A DNA stretch of 64,000 nucleotides, taken from the NCBI GenBank assembly GCA_049680385.1, contig JBAUHR010001023.1, forward strand, positions 12,961 to 76,960. Direction: 5' to 3'. Below the pieces are notes generated by a model. It searched no databases. It saw only the letters and a program-made list of their open reading frames with translations, and was not told the DNA's origin. How positions within the stretch are numbered: position 1 is the stretch's first letter; each line of letters starts with the position of its first letter. Both the position numbers and the translations under genes were made by a program. This DNA is from Rubripirellula sp. (lineage in GTDB: Bacteria; Planctomycetota; Planctomycetia; Pirellulales; Pirellulaceae). Below are positions 60,198-64,000 of the stretch, in pieces.

Positions 60198-63149
60198 TCA
60201 GTTCCCACTCAACTGCCTTGCCTGTTCGATCATTTGCTTGAGTTGTTGAACTCGCCGAGGGTTTCGGTCTTGTTCAGACAATCCCGAAATCAATTCGGAT
60301 AGCACTTTTAAGTCAACGGTTTCGCCAAGCGGTTCGCCTCGTAGCTTGGCCGCGAACAATGCCGCCGAAGCTGCGATGCGCAGCGACGGTGCAGCTTGGT
60401 CTACTCGCAGCGCATCGGCCTCGTACGGAATCGGCCAACGGTTCTCGACCATTTGCCCTGTCGATAGATCACGGAAGCGAACCGATACCGAACCCACATC
60501 TCCTTCACCATCTGGTTTCGCTTCGAACTGATATACCGCAACCCCCGCTTCGGCGGCAGCCATCTCGGCAGCGTCCACAGTGTCGTTTCGAAAGTCTTCT
60601 TTCTTCAGAAGATGCTTTTCAAAACCGAGCAGCTTGTAACGGCCAACTCGATTTGGATTGAACTCGATTTGAACCTTTACATTCTTTGCCGATGGACGAA
60701 GTGCTCCCGCGATTTGGCGTGCGAATCCATCGTCTGCCGACTCGGCAGAGTCCAGCAAGTAGTATCGACCGTCACCTTTCCGCGTCAGTGCTTCGAGCAC
60801 TTCGTCGTTGAGTCCGTCCGCACTAATCCCGGCAGCGTCGAACGCAATCCCCGCATCACGAATCGTCGTGATCATGCGTGACAAGCTCTCGGGGTTCGCA
60901 TCGCCAAGATTGACGGCGCCATCGGTCAACAGGATGATCCGATTTTGAGCGTCAACCGTTTCCTGTTCTCTTGCTTTCTCAAAGGCCAGTTGCAGGGCCG
61001 CTTCGATATTCGTGCCCCCTTCACTTGGCATCGTATCAATCAACTGCACGAGCTGCTCTGACTCTGCACCGCTAACTTTGACCGCCAACAATCGCGGTTG
61101 CCTCGCGAAACTGATCAGCGTGACCTGATCAATCGGCGTTAGCTGTGCCGCCAAGAGAGCAAACGCACGGCGAACGGTTTGCCGGCGATCGATTCGTTCC
61201 ATCGAGCCTGAGTTGTCGAGCAAGAACGTGAGCCGAAGTGGCGTGTTACTGGCCCGCCCTGCTGCTGCTGTTCGCATCGAGACTCGCAACACGTTTCGTT
61301 GTTGCAGGAACGGATGGATGGCCTGTTCAACTTGGCATGCTACCTTTTCGTCGTGATGCGGCATCGGATCACCGTAATCGAATGCGTTGACGAACTCTTC
61401 GATGCGAACCTTCGACGCCTCAGGCCATTCGCCCTTCACCAGTGCAGCCTGAGCAAGTTTGAACGAGACATCGCTGACGTGCAGCGAGAATGTTGAGAAC
61501 GCTTCGGCAGCGGCTGTCTTTTCATCGATTCCAGCAGGAACGGCAGTTCTTGCGACTGGTGATTTGTTTTTTAACTCCGAGCGTAAGTTCAGAATCGGCA
61601 GCATGCTCATCCGAGTGCTGACTGCGGGCTGTTGTTCTATCGTTTCTTTCGCAGGGGCAAGTCGCTCAAGGTTTTCGATGCGTCCTTCATTCGAGAATCG
61701 GTCAGATCGCACGACGCCACTCGCGTCGACGCCTAGTTCTTCGCCACTGCGTTTCATGGCATCCACTGGATGGTTCGCTGGATGTGGCAAAGCCGGACCC
61801 GTGGGATTATTTTCACTCAAATGAATGTCACCCGATACGCGTCCTGGATCGAAACCCGTCGCCGCTTTTTCTTCTTCGTCAGAGATCACGATCCTTGGCG
61901 TGTCCATGGCAATCGCGGATGCGTTCTCCTTTCCGAAATAGAGTCCACTCCCACCTCCAAATGCATCTCTTAATTCGCCGCGTCCTAGGTCGAAGCCTCC
62001 GTTGGCGACGTGACCGCCACCCAACACTTCGCCGCCGATATCGCGGCCGTCTTTGCCAGCCGGTGAGTCGCTCGGTTCTAAACCGAATTGCAGATACGTC
62101 CCGCCGCTCAGTGGTGTTGGTTGAGAAGGCGAGGAGCTGGGAATCGCGGCGTCCGATAGTAGCTCTTCAAGTTCTGCATCGCTTTTTGGCGGTTGTTCAA
62201 TCATCAGAGGGGCTGCCGCGAAGTCGCCGATGACGGGCACTTCGACGAGTACACGTTCAGTCTTCGCTGTACCCAGTTCCTTGCCTGCATTCTCACGGCT
62301 GGATTGCGGTGGCGACACATCCAGGAACACTCGCCCGCCTGCGATTTGAGATTCCGCTTCCTCTTCACGCGCCTTTTGTAAGGCGACCGCTTCGCGCGGC
62401 AACTTAAACTCGGGACCAGACGGAAAGTACTGGACGTCGTCTTGCAAGTAATAGGGGCTTGGTAACGACGTTTCTGGATCGAGACGATCTCGGATCGCTG
62501 ACTCTCGGATCTCTGACAACGCAGACTTTGGGGCTGCCGCGTCGTCACTCTCCCAGTGTCCGCCTGCGTTTTCGAAACGCCATTTCACGTCTTCCTCAGG
62601 TACCGACATTGCCGCTCCGTTCATGGCCTCCGGAATCGACGATGACGCTCGAACTGTCATGTCGTAACTCTCGTCGACGCCTGCGGTGTGAAATGCGACT
62701 GCGGACTTTCTCGCTGAGTTCACCGCCGGGATTGCCAACAGAGCAACGCTTCCGACGACAAGCAAAAGTACAGCAACCGTTGCGAACGACCGAGATTTGA
62801 AACGACTCAGATGCTTCAACGTTGCCGGCGATCGAACCACTGATTCGTTCATCGCTTGATCTGGCGTTTCACCACGAATCACCGCCACCACGTGATCCCG
62901 CTTTTCTTGGGAGAGCTTCCAATCATCTGGAAGGGCAACTGATTCGCCCGCTCCGACGTCTTTCAGCAAACCATGCACATGCTGAAAACGCGTCTTGATC
63001 AAAGCGAGTTCAGGCCGCTCATCGATCAATCGATTGAGTTGATCGCATTCCAGATCCGACGCTTCGCCCAACAACATCGCGACGATGCGGGCTTCGATGT
63101 TGATCTTGGTAGGGTCGATCTCGGCAGGATTGTGTGATGGTTCGTTCAT
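60198..63149 (-). CDS. Anti-sigma-like N-terminus fused to YfbK-type vWA protein (vWF_A N-region, vWA, DUF3520-like C-domain)
   Basis: EARIVAMLLGEAS helix, TM, long linker, FSTFSLHVSDVSF, VRIEEFVNAFDY, MIDAS DNSGSM, GGTN, ILLTDG and EDFRNDTVDAAE; ATGA overlap with the sigma gene. Confidence 0.88.
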   Translation of the reverse strand: MNEPSHNPAEIDPTKINIEARIVAMLLGEASDLECDQLNRLIDERPELALIKTRFQHVHGLLKDVGAGESVALPDDWKLSQEKRDHVVAVIRGETPDQAMNESVVRSPATLKHLSRFKSRSFATVAVLLLVVGSVALLAIPAVNSARKSAVAFHTAGVDESYDMTVRASSSIPEAMNGAAMSVPEEDVKWRFENAGGHWESDDAAAPKSALSEIRESAIRDRLDPETSLPSPYYLQDDVQYFPSGPEFKLPREAVALQKAREEEAESQIAGGRVFLDVSPPQSSRENAGKELGTAKTERVLVEVPVIGDFAAAPLMIEQPPKSDAELEELLSDAAIPSSSPSQPTPLSGGTYLQFGLEPSDSPAGKDGRDIGGEVLGGGHVANGGFDLGRGELRDAFGGGSGLYFGKENASAIAMDTPRIVISDEEEKAATGFDPGRVSGDIHLSENNPTGPALPHPANHPVDAMKRSGEELGVDASGVVRSDRFSNEGRIENLERLAPAKETIEQQPAVSTRMSMLPILNLRSELKNKSPVARTAVPAGIDEKTAAAEAFSTFSLHVSDVSFKLAQAALVKGEWPEASKVRIEEFVNAFDYGDPMPHHDEKVACQVEQAIHPFLQQRNVLRVSMRTAAAGRASNTPLRLTFLLDNSGSMERIDRRQTVRRAFALLAAQLTPIDQVTLISFARQPRLLAVKVSGAESEQLVQLIDTMPSEGGTNIEAALQLAFEKAREQETVDAQNRIILLTDGAVNLGDANPESLSRMITTIRDAGIAFDAAGISADGLNDEVLEALTRKGDGRYYLLDSAESADDGFARQIAGALRPSAKNVKVQIEFNPNRVGRYKLLGFEKHLLKKEDFRNDTVDAAEMAAAEAGVAVYQFEAKPDGEGDVGSVSVRFRDLSTGQMVENRWPIPYEADALRVDQAAPSLRIAASAALFAAKLRGEPLGETVDLKVLSELISGLSEQDRNPRRVQQLKQMIEQARQLSGN

Positions 63150-63700
63150 GACTTTCCGTCGAATCCCAAAGGATGCAGCTTCTTTTCCAGGTCTTTCAAA
63201 ATATGGTGCAATCGATAGCCAACGTTACTGATACTCAAGCCTGTTTTTTCGCTGATGTGGCGGTACTTCAAACCGTCGAAATATTTGAGCTTCACGAGCT
63301 GCCGGTCCGACTCGTCAAGCTCGTCCAATATCTGACGCAGCGCGCCAGTGGCCTCCATTCGCAGAAGCAAGTCTTCGGCGGTTTCCTCGCTTTCGTTCCG
63401 TGAAGACTCGGCGCGGTCATCGTGACCGAGAACCTCCCGCTTGTGGCTACGAAGGTGGTCGAAGGACTTATTCCGTACGCTGCGAAACAGCCATGCGCGA
63501 GGAGCGTCGACTTCGTCCCAACGTTTGTGCAATTGCAAGAAAACTTCTTGCACAACTTCTTCAGCCACCGCGCGCCGACCCGTCAAGGAAAACGCATACC
63601 GCAATAGCGGCGTTTCCTCGGTGTTAAATAGCGCCGCCAGAGTAGGCTTTCGCACACCCTCGGCACTGATCGGATGGACTCGCGGAGTCGGCTGCAACAT
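63146..63700 (-). CDS. ECF RNA polymerase sigma factor
   Basis: LLRYA, AEEVVQEVFL, WLFRSVRN, and region 4 LKYFDGLKYRHIS...SNVGYRLHH. Confidence 0.93.
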   Translation of the reverse strand: MLQPTPRVHPISAEGVRKPTLAALFNTEETPLLRYAFSLTGRRAVAEEVVQEVFLQLHKRWDEVDAPRAWLFRSVRNKSFDHLRSHKREVLGHDDRAESSRNESEETAEDLLLRMEATGALRQILDELDESDRQLVKLKYFDGLKYRHISEKTGLSISNVGYRLHHILKDLEKKLHPLGFDGKS

Positions 63701-64000
63701 GGATTCGGTTTATCCTCTCAATAGAAGAAGACTCACGGCGCCGGCTTTTATTAGGAATCAACCTGAATAAATTTCCGAAACGCCATCAGCGTAGCCTGAT
63801 CCACCCAAAACCGGCGGTCCAGCACGTGGCTGGCCTTGCCATTAGCGGCAGCCGCTCCTGAAGAAAAGTCCCGCGGTCAAACAGATAACGGCGAATCCGT
63901 CGACGAGCCCATAGCACGACCATCGCGATCTACCGCAGATGAACAATCGCCGATCGGTCCGGAAATCGAAAACGCTTCAACCGATGAAGGGCCACGAACG

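Overview
The window looks like chromosomal DNA from a Planctomycete (Pirellulales, Rhodopirellula/Rubripirellula-like; inferred from the protein families present and from RpoB/RpoC). Core genes are rpoB-rpoC (here detached from the usual rplL and rpsL neighbours), accD, a short recQ and a deoxyhypusine synthase-like gene. Type IV pilus/T2SS parts are scattered: an extended PilM with two Met/Gly-repeat membrane proteins, a translationally coupled four-gene minor-pilin operon and a GspE/PilB ATPase. Also present are a two-gene EPS module, two Hanks-type kinases, a sigma-54 activator, a heme-c FG-GAP lipoprotein beside a cytochrome c'-like gene, a divergent pair of TerB-like paralogs each with a candidate sigma-54 promoter, a heavy-metal RND cassette, and an ECF sigma / anti-sigma-vWA / ~2300-aa duplicated membrane protein cassette. 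The most interesting signals are: (1) a 29-aa K/R-rich ORF missed by the ORF track just upstream of accD; (2) the ECF-vWA-giant protein cassette, with an internal second signal peptide and secretin-like motifs in the vWA linker; (3) a kinase with a tyrosine-kinase-like catalytic loop; (4) a switch-like structured rpoB-rpoC spacer; (5) the sigma-54-driven TerB-like pair, one member with an IF1-like N-terminal helix. I recognised no rRNA, tRNA, CRISPR array or transposase. All family calls come from motif recognition by eye; no searches were run.
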